Of a DNA stretch of 64,000 nt, positions 42,101-57,100 are shown piece by piece. The position numbers were made by a program, and so were the translations under genes. Within the stretch, counting starts at the first letter, position 1; each line of letters starts with the position of its first letter. Below the pieces are notes generated by a model. That model was not told where the DNA came from. It made no database searches and saw only the letters and a program-made list of their open reading frames with translations. The stretch is from Yuukianura sp. NJ FZ-2021. Taxonomy: Eukaryota. The stretch is from NCBI GenBank assembly GCA_046563655.1, contig CM102286.1:9362001-9426000 (forward strand), read 5' to 3'.

Positions 42101-45100
42101 AATTAGCAACGGATTCTTCAATACCAGACATAGATCAAAAATTTTCAACAGAAATAGTTGCTCTCAAAACGATGTGATAATTTTTGTTAAATGTGAGGGG
42201 GTTGTGGATTGGGATGAAGCTTGAAGGATAGTCCATAAAATATTTAAAAGGTTAGTGAGAAATTTAACTTTTAATTATTTTTTCTTGTAATTACCAACGA
42301 CCTTTGCATCAAGACCGGCTTTGAATTTAAAAATCAAACACAAGTTTTTGCTCTGAAATAAATAGTTTCTTCAGCTGACGCTACAGGGGGTGGCGAATTG
42401 CGATGAAGCTTGGCAATTTAGAAGAATTTTTATCGTAATTAGCAACGGGTACTTCAATATCGGACGTAGATGAAAAAGTTCAAACAGAAATAGTTGCTCT
42501 CAAAACGATGTGATAATTTTTGTTAAATGTGAGGGGGTTGTGGATTGGGATGAAGCTTGAAGGATAGTCCATAAAATATTTAAAAGGTTAGTGAGAAATT
42601 TCAGTTTTAATTATTTTTTCTTGTAATTACCAACGACCTTTGCATCAAGACCGGCTTGGAATTTAAAAATCAAACACAAGTTTTTGCTCTGAAATAAATA
42701 GTTTCTTCAGCTGACGCTACAGGGGGTGGTGCAGTTCGATGAAGCTTGGTAATTTAGAAAAATTTTTATCGTAATTAGCAACGGATTCTTCAATACCAGA
42801 CATAGATCAAAAATTTTCAACAGAAATAGTTGCTCTCAAAACGATGTGATAATTTTTGTTAAATGTGAGGGGGTTGTGGATTGGGATGAAGCTTGAAGGA
42901 TAGTCCATAAAATATTTAAAAGGTTAGTGAGAAATTTCAGTTTTAATTATTTTTTCTTGTAATTACCAACGACCTTTGCATCAAGACCGGCTTGGAATTT
43001 AAAAATCACACACAAGTTTTTGCTCTGAAATAAAAAGTTTCTTCAGCTGACGCTACAGGGGTGGTGCATTTCGATGAAGCTTGGTAATTTAGAAAAATTT
43101 TTATCGTAATTAGCAACGGGTACTTCAATATCGGCCGTAGATGAAAAAGTTCAAACAGAAATAGTTGCTCTCAAAACGATGTGATAATTTTTGTTAAATG
43201 TGAGGGGGTTGTGGATTGGGATGAAGCTTGAAGGACAGTCCATAAAATATTTAAAAGGTTAGTGAGAAATTTAACTTTTAATTATTTTTTCTTGTAATTA
43301 CCAACGACCTTTGCATCAAGACCGGCTTTGGAATTTAAAAATCAAACACAAGTTTTTGCTCTGAAATAAATAGTTTCTTCAGCTGACGCTACAGGGGGTG
43401 GCGAATTGCGATGAAGCTTGGCAATTTAGAAGAATTTTTATCGTAATTAGCAACGGGTACTTCAATATCGGACGTAGATGAAAAAGTTCAAACAGAAATA
43501 GTTGCTCTCAAAACGATGTGATAATTTTTGTTAAATGTGAGGGGGTTGTGGATTGGGATGAAGCTTGAAGGATAGTCCATAAAATATTTAAAAGGTTAGT
43601 GAGAAATTTCAGTTTTAATTATTTTTTCTTGTAATTACCAACGACCTTTGCATCAAGACCGGCTTGGAATTTAAAAATCAAACACAAGTTTTTGCTCTGA
43701 AATAAATAGTTTCTTCAGCTGACGCTACAGGGGTGGTGCATTTCGATGAAGCTTGGTAATTTAGAAAAATTTTTATCGTAATTAGCAACGGATTCTTCAA
43801 TACCAGACATAGATCAAAAATTTTCAACAGAAATAGTTGCTCTCAAAACGATGTGATAATTTTTGTTAAATGTGAGGGGGTTGTGGATTGGGATGAAGCT
43901 TGAAGGATAGTCCATAAAATATTTAAAAGGTTAGTGAGAAATTTCAGTTTTAATTATTTTTTCTTGTAATTACCAACGACCTTTGCATCAAGACCGGCTT
44001 GGAATTTAAAAATCACACACAAGTTTTTGCTCTGAAATAAAAAGTTTCTTCAGCTGACGCTACAGGGGGTGGTGCATTTCGATGAAGCTTGGTAATTTAG
44101 AAAAATTTTTATCGTAATTAGCAACGGGTACTTCAATATCGGCCGTAGATGAAAAAGTTCAAACAGAAATAGTTGCTCTCAAAACGATGTGATAATTTTT
44201 GTTAAATGTGAGGGGGTTGTGGATTGGGATGAAGCTTGAAGGATAGTCCATAAAATATTTAAAAGGTTAGTGAGAAATTTAACTTTTAATTATTTTTTCT
44301 TGTAATTACCAACGACCTTTGCATCAAGACCGGCTTGGAATTTAAAAAATCAAACACAAGTTTTTGCTCTGAAATAAATAGTTTCTTCAGCTGACGCTAC
44401 AGGGGGTGGCGAATTGCGATGAAGCTTGGCAATTTAGAAGAATTTTTATCGTAATTAGCAACGGGTACTTCAATATCGGACGTAGATGAAAAAGTTCAAA
44501 CAGAAATAGTTGCTCTCAAAACGATGTGATAATTTTTGTTAAATGTGAGCGGGTTGTGGATTGGGATGAAGCTTGAAGGATAGTCCATAAAATATTTAAA
44601 AGGTTAGTGAGAAATTTCAGTTTTAATTATTTTTTCTTGTAATTACCAACGACCTTTGCATCAAGACCGGCTTGGAATTTAAAAATCAAACACAAGTTTT
44701 TGCTCTGAAATAAATAGTTTCTTCAGCTGACGCTACAGGGGGTGGTGCATTTCGATGAAGCTTGGTAATTTAGAAAAATTTTTATCGTAATTAGCAACGG
44801 ATTCTTCAATACCAGACATAGATCGAAAATTTTCAACAGAAATAGTTGCTCTCAAAACGATGTGATAATTTTTGTTAAATGTGAGGGGGTTGTGGATTGG
44901 GATGAAGCTTGAAGGATAGTCCATAAAATATTTAAAAGGTTAGTGAGAAATTTCAGTTTTAATTATTTTTTCTTGTAATTACCAACGACCTTTGCATCAA
45001 GACCGGCTTGGAATTTAAAAATCACACACAAGTTTTTGCTCTGAAATAAATAGTTTCTTCAGCTGACGCTACAGGGGGTGGCGAATTGCGATGAAGCTTG

Positions 45101-48100
45101 GCAATTTAGAAGAGTTTTTATCGTAATTAGCAACGGGTACTTCAATATCGGACGTAGATGAAAAAGTTCAAACAGAAATAGTTGCTCTCAAAACGATGTG
45201 ATAATTTTTGTTAAATGTGAGGGGGTTGTGGATTGGGATGAAGCTTGAAGGATAGTCCATAAAATATTTAAAAGGTTAGTGAGAAATTTAACTTTTAATT
45301 ATTTTTTCTTGTAATTACCAACGACCTTTGCATCAAGACCGGCTTTGAATTTAAAAATCAAACACAAGTTTTTGCTCTGAAATAAATAGTTTCTTCAGCT
45401 GACGCTACAGGGGGTGGCGAATTGCGATGAAGCTTGGCAATTTAGAAGAATTTTTATCGTAATTAGCAACGGGTACTTCAATATCGGACGTAGATGAAAA
45501 AGTTCAAACAGAAATAGTTGCTCTCAAAACGATGTGATAATTTTTGTTAAATGTGAGGGGGTTGTGGATTGGGATGAAGCTTGAAGGATAGTCCATAAAA
45601 TATTTAAAAGGTTAGTGAGAAATTTCAGTTTTAATTATTTTTTCTTGTAATTACCAACGACCTTTGCATCAAGACCGGCTTGGAATTTAAAAATCAAACA
45701 CAAGTTTTTGCTCTGAAATAAATAGTTTCTTCAGCTGACGCTACAGGGGGTGGTGCATTTCGATGAAGCTTGGTAATTTAGAAAAATTTTTATCGTAATT
45801 AGCAACGGATTCTTCAATACCAGACATAGATCAAAAATTTTCAACAGAAATAGTTGCTCTCAAAACGATGTGATAATTTTTGTTAAATGTGAGGGGGTTG
45901 TGGATTGGGATGAAGCTTGAAGGATAGTCCATAAAATATTTAAAAGGTTAGTGAGAAATTTCAGTTTTAATTATTTTTTCTTGTAATTACCAACGACCTT
46001 TGCATCAAGACCGGCTTGGAATTTAAAAATCACACACAAGTTTTTGCTCTGAAATAAATAGTTTCTTCCGCTGACGCTACAGGGGGTGGCGAATTGCGAT
46101 GAAGGTTGGAAATTTAGAAGAGTTTTTATCGTAATTAGCAACGGGTACTTCAATATCGGACGTAGATGAAAAAGTTCAAACAGAAATAGTTGCTCTCAAA
46201 ACGATGTGATAATTTTTGTTAAATGTGAGGGGGTTGTGGATTGGGATGAAGCTTGAAGGATAGTCCATAAAATATTTAAAAGGTTAGTGAGAAATTTCAG
46301 TTTTAATTATTTTTTCTTGTAATTACCAACGACCTTTGCATCAAGACCGGCTTGGAATTTAAAAATCACACACAAGTTTTTGCTCTGAAATAAAAAGTTT
46401 CTTCAGCTGACGCTACAGGGGGTGGTGCATTTCGATGAAGCTTGGTAATTTAGAAAAATTTTTATCGTAATTAGCAACGGATTCTTCAATACCAGACATA
46501 GATTAAAAATTTTCAACAGAAATAGTTGCTCTCAAAACGATGTGATAATTTTTGTTAAATGTGAGGGGGTTGTGGATTGGGATGAAGCTTGAAGGATAGT
46601 CCATAAAATATTTAAAAGGTTAGTGAGAAATTTAAGTTTTAATTATTTTTTCTTGTAATTACCAACGACCTTTGCATCAAGACCGGCTTGGAATTTAAAA
46701 ATCAAACACAAGTTTTTGCTCTGAAATAAATAGTTTCTTCAGCTGACGCTACAGGGGGTGGTGCATTTCGATGAAGCTTGGTAATTTAGAAAAATTTTTA
46801 TCGTAATTAGCAACGGATTCTTCAATACCAGACGGATCGAAAATTTTCAACAGAAATAGTTGCTCTCAAAACGATGTGATAATTTTTGTTAAATGTGAGG
46901 GGGTTGTGGATTGGGATGAAGCTTGAAGGATAGTCCATAAAATATTTAAAAGGTTAGTGAGAAATTTCAGTTTTAATTATTTTTTCTTGTAATTACCAAC
47001 GACCTTTGCATCAAGACCGGCTTGGAATTTAAAAATCAAACACAAGTTTTTGCTCTGAAATAAATAGTTTCTTCAGCTGACGCTACAGGGGTGGTGCATT
47101 GCGATGAAGCTTGGCAATTTAGAAAATTTTTTATCGTAATTAGCAACGGGTACTTCAATATCGGACGTAGATGAAAAAGTTCAAACAGAAATAGTTGCTC
47201 TCAAAACGATGTGATAATTTTTGTTAAATGTGAGGGGGTTGTGGATTGGGATGAAGCTTGAAGGATAGTCCATAAAATATTTAAAAGGTTAGTGAGAAAT
47301 TTAACTTTTAATTATTTTTTCTTGTAATTACCAACGACCTTTGCATCAAGACCGGCTTGGAATTTAAAAATCAAACACAAGTTTTTGCTCTGAAATAAAT
47401 AGTTTCTTCAGCTGACGCTACAGGGGGTGGCGAATTGCGATGAAGCTTGGCAATTTAGAAGAATTTTTATCGTAATTAGCAACGGGTACTTCAATATCGG
47501 ACGTAGATGAAATAGTTCAAACAGAAATAGTTGCTCTCAAAACGATGTGATAATTTTTGTTAAATGTGAGGGGGTTGTGGATTGGGATGAAGCTTGAAGG
47601 ATAGTCCATAAAATATTTAAAAGGTTAGTGAGAAATTTCAGTTTTAATTATTTTTTCTTGTAATTACCAACGACCTTTGCATCAAGACCGGCTTGGAATT
47701 TAAAAATCACACACAAGTTTTTGCTCTGAAATAAAAAGTTTCTTCAGCTGACGCTACAGGGGGTGGTGCATTGCGATGAAGCTTGGTAATTTAGAAGAAT
47801 TCTTATCGTAATTAGCAACGGATTCTTCAATATCGGACATTGATAAAAAAGTTTAAACAGAAATATTTGCTCTCAAGACGATGAGTTAATTTTTGTTCAC
47901 TGTGTGGGGTTGTGGATTGGGATGAAGCTTGAAGGTAAGTCATAAAATATTTAAATGGTTAGTGAGAAATTTAAGTTTTAATTATTTTTTCTTGTAATTA
48001 CCAACGACCTTTGCATCAAGACCGGCTTGGAATTTAAAAATCAAACACAAGTTTTTGCTCTGAAATAAATAGTTTCTTCAGCTGACGCTACAGGGGGTGG

Positions 48101-51100
48101 CGAATTGCGATGAAGCTTGGAAATTTAGAAAAATTTTTATCGTAATTAGCAACGGATACTTCAATATCGGACGTAGATGAAATAGTTCAAACAGAAATAG
48201 TTGCTCTCAAAACGATGTGATAATTTTTGTTAAATGTGAGGGGGTTGTGGATTGGGATGAAGCTTGAAGGATAGTCCATAAAATATTTAAAAGGTTAGTG
48301 AGAAATTTAAGTTTTAATTATTTTTTCTTGTAATTACCAACGACCTTTGCATCAAGACCGGCTTTGAATTTAAAAATCAAACACAAGTTTTTGCTCTGAA
48401 ATAAATAGTTTCTTCAGCTGACGCTACAGGGGGTGGCGAATTGCGATGAAGCTTGGCAATTTAGAAGAATTTTTATCGTAATTAGCAACGGGTACTTCAA
48501 TATCGGACGTAGATGAAATAGTTCAAACAGAAATAGTTGCTCTCAAAACGATGTGATAATTTTTGTTAAATGTGAGGGGGTTGTGGATTGGGATGAAGCT
48601 TGAAGGATAGTCCATAAAATATTTAAAAGGTTAGTGAGAAATTTCAGTTTTAATTATTTTTTCTTGTAATTACCAACGACCTTTGCATCAAGACCGGCTT
48701 GGAATTTAAAAATCAAACACAAGTTTTTGCTCTGAAATAAATAGTTTCTTCAGCTGACGCTACAGGGGGTGGTGCATTTCGATGAAGCTTGGTAATTTAG
48801 AAAAATTTTTATCGTAATTAGCAACGGATTCTTCAATACCAGACATAGATCAAAAATTTTCAACAGAAATAGTTGCTCTCAAAACGATGTGATAATTTTT
48901 GTTAAATGTGAGGGGGTTGTGGATTGGGATGAAGCTTGAAGGATAGTCCATAAAATATTTAAAAGGTTAGTGAGAAATTTAACTTTTAATTATTTTTTCT
49001 TGTAATTACCAACGACCTTTGCATCAAGACCGGCTTTGAATTTAAAAAATCAAACACAAGTTTTTGCTCTGAAATAAATAGTTTCTTCAGCTGACGCTAC
49101 AGGGGGTGGCGAATTGCGATGAAGCTTGGCAATTTAGAAGAATTTTTATCGTAATTAGCAACGGGTACTTCAATATCGGACGTAGATGAAAAAGTTCAAA
49201 CAGAAATAGTTGCTCTCAAAACGATGTGATAATTTTTGTTAAATGTGAGGGGGTTGTGGATTGGGATGAAGCTTGAAGGATAGTCCATAAAATATTTAAA
49301 AGGTTAGTGAGAAATTTGTTTTAATTATTTTTTCTTGTAATTAACAACGACCTTTGCATCAAGACCGGCTTGGAATTTAAAAATCAAACACAAGTTTTTG
49401 CTCTGAAATAAATAGTTTCTTCAGCTGACGCTACAGGGGGTGGTGCATTTCGATGAAGCTTGGTAATTTAGAAGAATTTTTATCGTAATTAGCAACGGGT
49501 ACTTCAATATCGGACGTAGATCAAAAATTTTAAACAGAAATAGTTGCTCTCAAAACGATGTGATAATTTTTGTTAAATGTGAGGGGGTTGTGGATTGGGA
49601 TGAAGCTTGAAGGATAGTCCATAAAATATTTAAAAGGTTAGTGAGAAATTTCAGTTTTAATTATTTTTTCTTGTAATTACCAACGACCTTTGCATCAAGA
49701 CCGGCTTGGAATTTAAAAATCAAACACAAGTTTTTGCTCTGAAATAAAAAGTTTCTTCAGCTGACGCTACAGGGGGTGGTGCATTGCGATGAAGCTTGGT
49801 AATTTAGAAGAATTCTTATCGTAATTAGCAACGGATTCTTCAATATCGGACATTGATCAAAAAGTTTCAACAGAAATAGTTGCTCTCAAGACGATGTGAT
49901 AATTTTTGTTCAGTGTGAGGGGGTTGTGGATCGGGGTGAAGCTTGAAGGTTAGTCCATAAAATATTTAAAAGGTTAGTGAGAAATTTCAGTTTTAATTAT
50001 TTTTTCTTGTAATTACCAACGACCTTTGCATCAAGACCGGCTTGGAATTTAAAAATCACACACAAGTTTTTGCTCTGAAATAAATAGTTTCTTCCGCTGA
50101 CGCTACAGGGGGTGGCGAATTGCGATGAAGCTTGGCAATTTAGAAGAATTTTTATCGTAATTAGCAACGGGTACTTCAATATCGGACGTAGATGAAATAG
50201 TTCAAACAGAAATAGTTGCTCTCAAAACGATGTGATAATTTTTGTTAAATGTGAGGGGGTTGTGGATTGGGATGAAGCTTGAAGGATAGTCCATAAAATA
50301 TTTAAAAGGTTAGTGAGAAATTTCAGTTTTAATTATTTTTTCTTGTAATTACCAACGACCTTTGCATCAAGACCGGCTTGGAATTTAAAAATCACACACA
50401 AGTTTTTGCTCTGAAATAAAAAGTTTCTTCAGCTGACGCTACAGGGGGTGGTGCATTTCGATGAAGCTTGGTAATTTAGAAAAATTTTTATCGTAATTAG
50501 CAACGGGTACTTCAATATCGGACGTAGATCGAAAAAGTTCAAACAGAAATAGTTGCTCTCAAAACGATGTGATAATTTTTGTTAAATGTGAGGGGGTTGT
50601 GGATTGGGATGAAGCTTGAAGGATAGTCCATAAAATATTTAAAAGGTTAGTGAGAAATTTCAGTTTTAATTATTTTTTCTTGTAATTACCAACGACCTTT
50701 GCATCAAGACCGGCTTGGAATTTAAAAATCAAACACAAGTTTTTGCTCTGAAATAAATAGTTTCTTCAGCTGACGCTACAGGGGGTGGCGAATTGCGATG
50801 AAGCTTGGCAATTTAGAAGAATTTTTATCGTAATTAGCAACGGGTACTTCAATATCGGACGTAGATGAAAAAGTTCAAACAGAAATAGTTGCTCTCAAAA
50901 CGATGTGATAATTTTTGTTAAATGTGAGGGGGTTGTGGATTGGGATGAAGCTTGAAGGATAGTCCATAAAATATTTAAAAGGTTAGTGAGAAATTTCAGT
51001 TTTAATTATTTTTTCTTGTAATTACCAACGACCTTTGCATCAAGACCGGCTTGGAATTTAAAAATCACACACAAGTTTTTGCTCTGAAATAAAAAGTTTC

Positions 51101-54100
51101 TTCAGCTGACGCTACAGGGGGTGGTGCATTTCGATGAAGCTTGGTAATTTAGAAAAATTTTTATCGTAATTAGCAACGGGTACTTCAATATCGGACGTAG
51201 ATGAAAAAGTTCAAACAGAAATAGTTGCTCTCAAGACGATGAGTTAATTTTTGTTCACTGTGTGGGGTTGTGGATTGGGATGAAGCTTGAAGGTTAGTCC
51301 ATAAAATATTTAAAAGGTTAGTGAGAAATTTAAGTTTTAATTATTTTTTCTTGTAATTACCAACGACCTTTGCATCAAGACCGGCTTGGAATTTAAAAAT
51401 CAAACACAAGTTTTTGCTCTGAAATAAATAGTTTCTTCAGCTGACGCTACAGGGGGTGGTGCATTTCGATGAAGCTTGGTAACTTAGAAAAATTTTTATC
51501 GTAATTAGCAACGGATTCTTCAATACCAGACGGATCAAAAATTTTCAACAGAAATAGTTGCTCTCAAAACGATGTGATAATTTTTGTTAAATGTGAGGGG
51601 GTTGTGGATTGGGATGAAGCTTGAAGGATAGTCCATAAAATATTTAAAAGGTTAGTGAGAAATTTCAGTTTTAATTATTTTTTCTTGTAATTACCAACGA
51701 CCTTTGCATCAAGACCGGCTTGGAATTTAAAAATCAAACACAAGTTTTTGCTCTGAAATAAATAGTTTCTTCAGCTGACGCTACAGGGGTGGTGCATTTC
51801 GATGAAGCTTGGTAATTTAGAAAAATTTTTATCGTAATTAGCAACGGGTACTTCAATATCGGACGTAGATCGAAATAGTTCAAACAGAAATAGTTGCTCT
51901 CAAAACGATGTGATAATTTTTGTTAAATGTGAGGGGGTTGTGGATTGGGATGAAGCTTGAAGGATAGTCCATAAAATATTTAAAAGGTTAGTGAGAAATT
52001 TCAGTTTTAATTATTTTTTCTTGTAATTACCAACGACCTTTGCATCAAGACCGGCTTGGAATTTAAAAATCACACACAAGTTTTTGCTCTGAAATAAAAA
52101 GTTTCTTCAGCTGACGCTACAGGGGGTGGTGCATTTCGATGAAGCTTGGTAATTTAGAAAATTTTTTATCGTAATTAGCAACGGGTACTTCAATATCGGA
52201 CGTAGATGAAAAAGTTCAAACAGAAATAGTTGCTCTCAAAACGATGTGATAATTTTTGTTAAATGTGAGGGGGTTGTGGATTGGGATGAAGCTTGAAGGA
52301 TAGTCCATAAAATATTTAAAAGGTTAGTGAGAAATTTCAGTTTTAATTATTTTTTCTTGTAATTACCAACGACCTTTGCATCAAGACCGGCTTGGAATTT
52401 AAAAATCAAACACAAGTTTTTGCTCTGAAATAAATAGTTTCTTCAGCTGACGCTACAGGGGTGGCGAATTGCGATGAAGCTTGGCAATTTAGAAGAATTT
52501 TTATCGTAATTAGCAACGGGTACTTCAATATCGGACGTAGATGAAAAAGTTCAAACAGAAATAGTTGCTCTCAAAACGATGTGATAATTTTTGTTAAATG
52601 TGAGGGGGTTGTGGATTGGGATGAAGCTTGAAGGATAGTCCATAAAATATTTAAAAGGTTAGTGAGAAATTTCAGTTTTAATTATTTTTTCTTGTAATTA
52701 CCAACGACCTTTGCATCAAGACCGGCTTGGAATTTAAAAATCAAACACAAGTTTTTGCTCTGAAATAAATAGTTTCTTCAGCTGACGCTACAGGGGGTGG
52801 TGCATTTCGATGAAGCTTGGTAATTTAGAAAAATTTTTATCGTAATTAGCAACGGGTACTTCAATATCGGACGTAGATGAAATAGTTCAAACAGAAATAG
52901 TTGCTCTCAAAACAATGTGATAATTTTTGTTAAATGTGAGGGGGTTGTGGATTGGGATGAAGCTTGAAGGATAGTCCATAAAATATTTAAAAGGTTAGTG
53001 AGAAATTTCAGTTTTAATTATTTTTTCTTGTAATTACCAACGACCTTTGCATCAAGACCGGCTTGGAATTTAAAAATCACACACAAGTTTTTGCTCTGAA
53101 ATAAATAGTTTCTTCAGCTGACGCTACAGGGGGTGGTGCATTTCGATGAAGCTTGGTAATTTAGAAGAATTTTTATCGTAATTAGCAACGGGTACTTCAA
53201 TATCGGACGTAGATGAAAAAGTTCAAACAGAAATAGTTGCTCTCAAAACGATGTGATAATTTTTGTTAAATGTGAGGGGGTTGTGGATTGGGATGAAGCT
53301 TGAAGGATAGTCCATAAAATATTTAAAAGGTTAGTGAGAAATTTGTTTTAATTATTTTTTCTTGTAATTAACAACGACCTTTGCATCAAGACCGGCTTGG
53401 AATTTAAAAATCAAACACAAGTTTTTGCTCTGAAATAAATAGTTTCTTCAGCTGACGCTACAGAGGGTGGCGAATTGCGATGAAGCTTGGCAATTTAGAA
53501 GAATTTTTATCGTAATTAGCAACGGGTACTTCAATATCGGACGTAGATGAAATAGTTCAAACAGAAATAGTTGCTCTCAAAACAATGTGATAATTTTTGT
53601 TAAATGTGAGGGGGTTGTGGATTGGGATGAAGCTTGAAGGATAGTCCATAAAATATTTAAAAGGTTAGTGAGAAATTTCAGTTTTAATTATTTTTTCTTG
53701 TAATTACCAACGACCTTTGCATCAAGACCGGCTTGGAATTTAAAAATCACACACAAGTTTTTGCTCTGAAATAAATAGTTTCTTCAGCTGACGCTACAGG
53801 GGGTGGTGCATTTCGATGAAGCTTGGTAATTTAGAAAAATTTTTATCGTATTTAGCAACGGGTACTTCAATATCGGACGTAGATGAAAAAGTTCAAACAG
53901 AAATAGTTGCTCTCAAAACGATGTGATAATTTTTGTTAAATGTGAGGGGGTTGTGGATTGGGATGAAGCTTGAAGGATAGTCCATAAAATATTTAAAAGG
54001 TTAGTGAGAAATTTCAGTTTTAATTATTTTTTCTTGTAATTACCAACGACCTTTGCATCAAGACCGGCTTGGAATTTAAAAATCACACACAAGTTTTTGC

Positions 54101-57100
54101 TCTGAAATAAATAGTTTCTTCAGCTGACGCTACAGGGGGTGGTGCATTTCGATGAAGCTTGGTAATTTAGAAAATTTTTTATCGTAATTAGCAACGGGTA
54201 CTTCAATATCGGACGTAGATGAAATAGTTCGAACAGAAATAGTTGCTCTCAAAACAACGTGATAATTTTTGTTAAATGTGAGGGGGTTGTGGATTGGGAT
54301 GAAGCTTGAAGGATAGTCCATAAAATATTTAAAAGGTTAGTGAGAAATTTCAGTTTAAATTATTTTTTCTTGTAATTACCAACGACCTTTGCATCAAGAC
54401 CGGCTTGGAATTTAAAAAATCAAACACAAGTTTTTGCTCTGAAATAAAAAGTTTCTTCAGCTGACGCTACAGGGGGTGGTGCATTTCGATGAAGCTTGGT
54501 AATTTAGAAAAATTTTTATCGTAATTAGCAACGGATTCTTCAATACCAGACATAGATTAAAAATTTTCAAACAGAAATAGTTGCTCTCAAAACGATGTGA
54601 TAATTTTTGTTAAATGTGAGGGGGTTGTGGATTGGGATGAAGCTTGAAGGATAGTCCATAAAATATTTAAAAGGTTAGTGAGAAATTTAAGTTTTAATTA
54701 TTTTTTCTTGTAATTACCAACGACCTTTGCATCAAGACCGGCTTGGAATTTAAAAATCAAACACAAGTTTTTGCTCTGAAATAAATAGTTTCTTCAGCTG
54801 ACGCTACAGGGGTGGTGCATTTCGATGAAGCTTGGTAATTTAGAAAAATTTTTATCGTAATTAGCAACGGATTCTTCAATACCAGACATAGATCAAAAAT
54901 TTTCAACAGAAATAGTTGCTCTCAAAACGATGTGATAATTTTTGTTAAATGTGAGGGGGTTGTGGATTGGGATGAAGCTTGAAGGATAGTCCATAAAATA
55001 TTTAAAAGGTTAGTGAGAAATTTCAGTTTTAATTATTTTCTTGTAATTACCAACGACCTTTGCATCAAGACCGGCTTGGAATTTAAAAATCACACACAAG
55101 TTTTTGCTCTGAAATAAAAAGTTTCTTCAGCTGACGCTACAGGGGGTGGTGCATTTCGATGAAGCTTGGTAATTTAGAAAATTTTTTATCGTAATTAGCA
55201 ACGGATTCTTCAATATCGGACATTGATCAAAAAGTTTAAACAGAAATAGTTGCTCTCAAAACGATGTGATAATTTTTGTTCGCTGTGAGGCGGTTGTGGA
55301 TTGGGATGAAGCTTGAAGGTTAGTCCATAAAATATTTAAAAGGTTAGTGAGAAATTTGGGGTGGTGCATTTCGATGAAGCTTGGTAATTTAGAAAAATTT
55401 TTATCGTAATTAGCAACGGATTCTTCAATACCAGACATAGATCAAAAATTTTCAACAGAAATAGTTGCTCTCAAAACGATGTGATAATTTTTGTTAAATG
55501 TGAGGGGTTGTGAATTGGGATGAAGCTTGAAGGATAGTCCATAAAATATTTAAAAGGTTATTGAGAAATTTAAGTTTTAATTATTTTTTCTTGTAATTAC
55601 CAACGACCTTTGCATCAAGACCGGCTTGGAATTTAAAAATCAAACACAAGTTTTTGCTCTGAAATAAATAGTTTCTTCAGCTGACGCTACAGGGGGTGGT
55701 GCATTTCGATGAAGCTTGGTAATTTAGAAAAAATTTTATCGTAATTAGCAACGGATTCTTCAATACCAGACGGATCAAAAATTTTCAACAGAAATAGTTG
55801 CTCTCAAAACGATGTGATAATTTTTGTTAAATGTGAGGGGGTTGTGGATTGGGATGAAGCTTGAAGGATAGTCCATAAAATATTTATAAGGTTAGTGAGA
55901 AATTTAAGTTTTAATTATTTTTTCTTGTAATTACCAACGACCTTTGCATCAAGACCGGCTTGGAATTTAAAAATCAAACACAAGTTTTTGCTCTGAAATA
56001 AAAAGTTTCTTCAGCTGACGCTACAGGGGTGGTGCATTTCGATGAAGCTTGGTAATTTAGAAAAATTTTTATCGTAATTAGCAACGGATTCTTCAATACC
56101 AGACATAGATTAAAAATTTTCAACAGAAATAGTTGCTCTCAAAACGATGTGATAATTTTTGTTAAATGTGAGGGGGTTGTGGATTGGGATGAAGCTTGAA
56201 GGATAGTCCATAAAATATTTAAAAGGTTATTGAGAAATTTAAGTTTTAATTATTTTTTCTTGTAATTACCAACGACCTTTGCATCAAGACCGGCTTGGAA
56301 TTTAAAAATCAAACACAAGTTTTTGCTCTGAAATAAATAGTTTCTTCAGCTGACGCTACAGGGGTGGTGCATTTCGATGAAGCTTGGTAATTTAGAAAAA
56401 TTTTTATCGTAATTAGCAACGGATTCTTCAATACCAGACGGATCAAAAATTTTCAACAGAAATAGTTGCTCTCAAAACGATGTGATAATTTTTGTTAAAT
56501 GTGAGGGGTTGTGGATTGGGATGAAGCTTGAAGGATAGTCCATAAAATATTTATAAGGTTAGTGAGAAATTTAAGTTTTAATTATTTTTTCTTGTAATTA
56601 CCAACGACCTTTGCATCAAGACCGGCTTGGAATTTAAAAATCAAACACAAGTTTTTGCTCTGAAATAAAAAGTTTCTTCAGCTGACGCTACAGGGGTGGT
56701 GCATTTCGATGAAGCTTGGTAATTTAGAAAAAATTTTATCGTAATTAGCAACGGATTCTTCAATAACAGACATAGATTAAAAATTTTCAACAGAAATATT
56801 TGCTCTCAATACGATGAGTTAATTTTTGTTCACTGTGTGGGGTTGTGGATTGGGATGAAGCTTGAAGGTTAGTCCATAAAATATTTAAAAGGTTAGTGAG
56901 AAATTTAAGTTTTAATTATTTTTTCTTGTAATTACCAACGACCTTTGCATCAAGACCGGCTTGGAATTTAAAAATCAAACACAAGTTTTTGCTCTGAAAT
57001 AAAAAGTTTCTTCAGCTGACGCTACAGGGGGTGGTGCATTTCGATGAAGCTTGGTAATTTAGAAAAATTTTTATCGTAATTAGCAACGGATTCTTCAATA

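Noticed and set aside
667..55438. Repeated ~60-78 aa minus-strand ORFs (MKYPLL..., MDYPSS..., MSGIEE...)
   Set aside because: Chance open frames in the satellite. The MKYPLL frame starts at TTG and is open only in monomers with one substitution (TTCCGCTG). No recognisable protein motifs.
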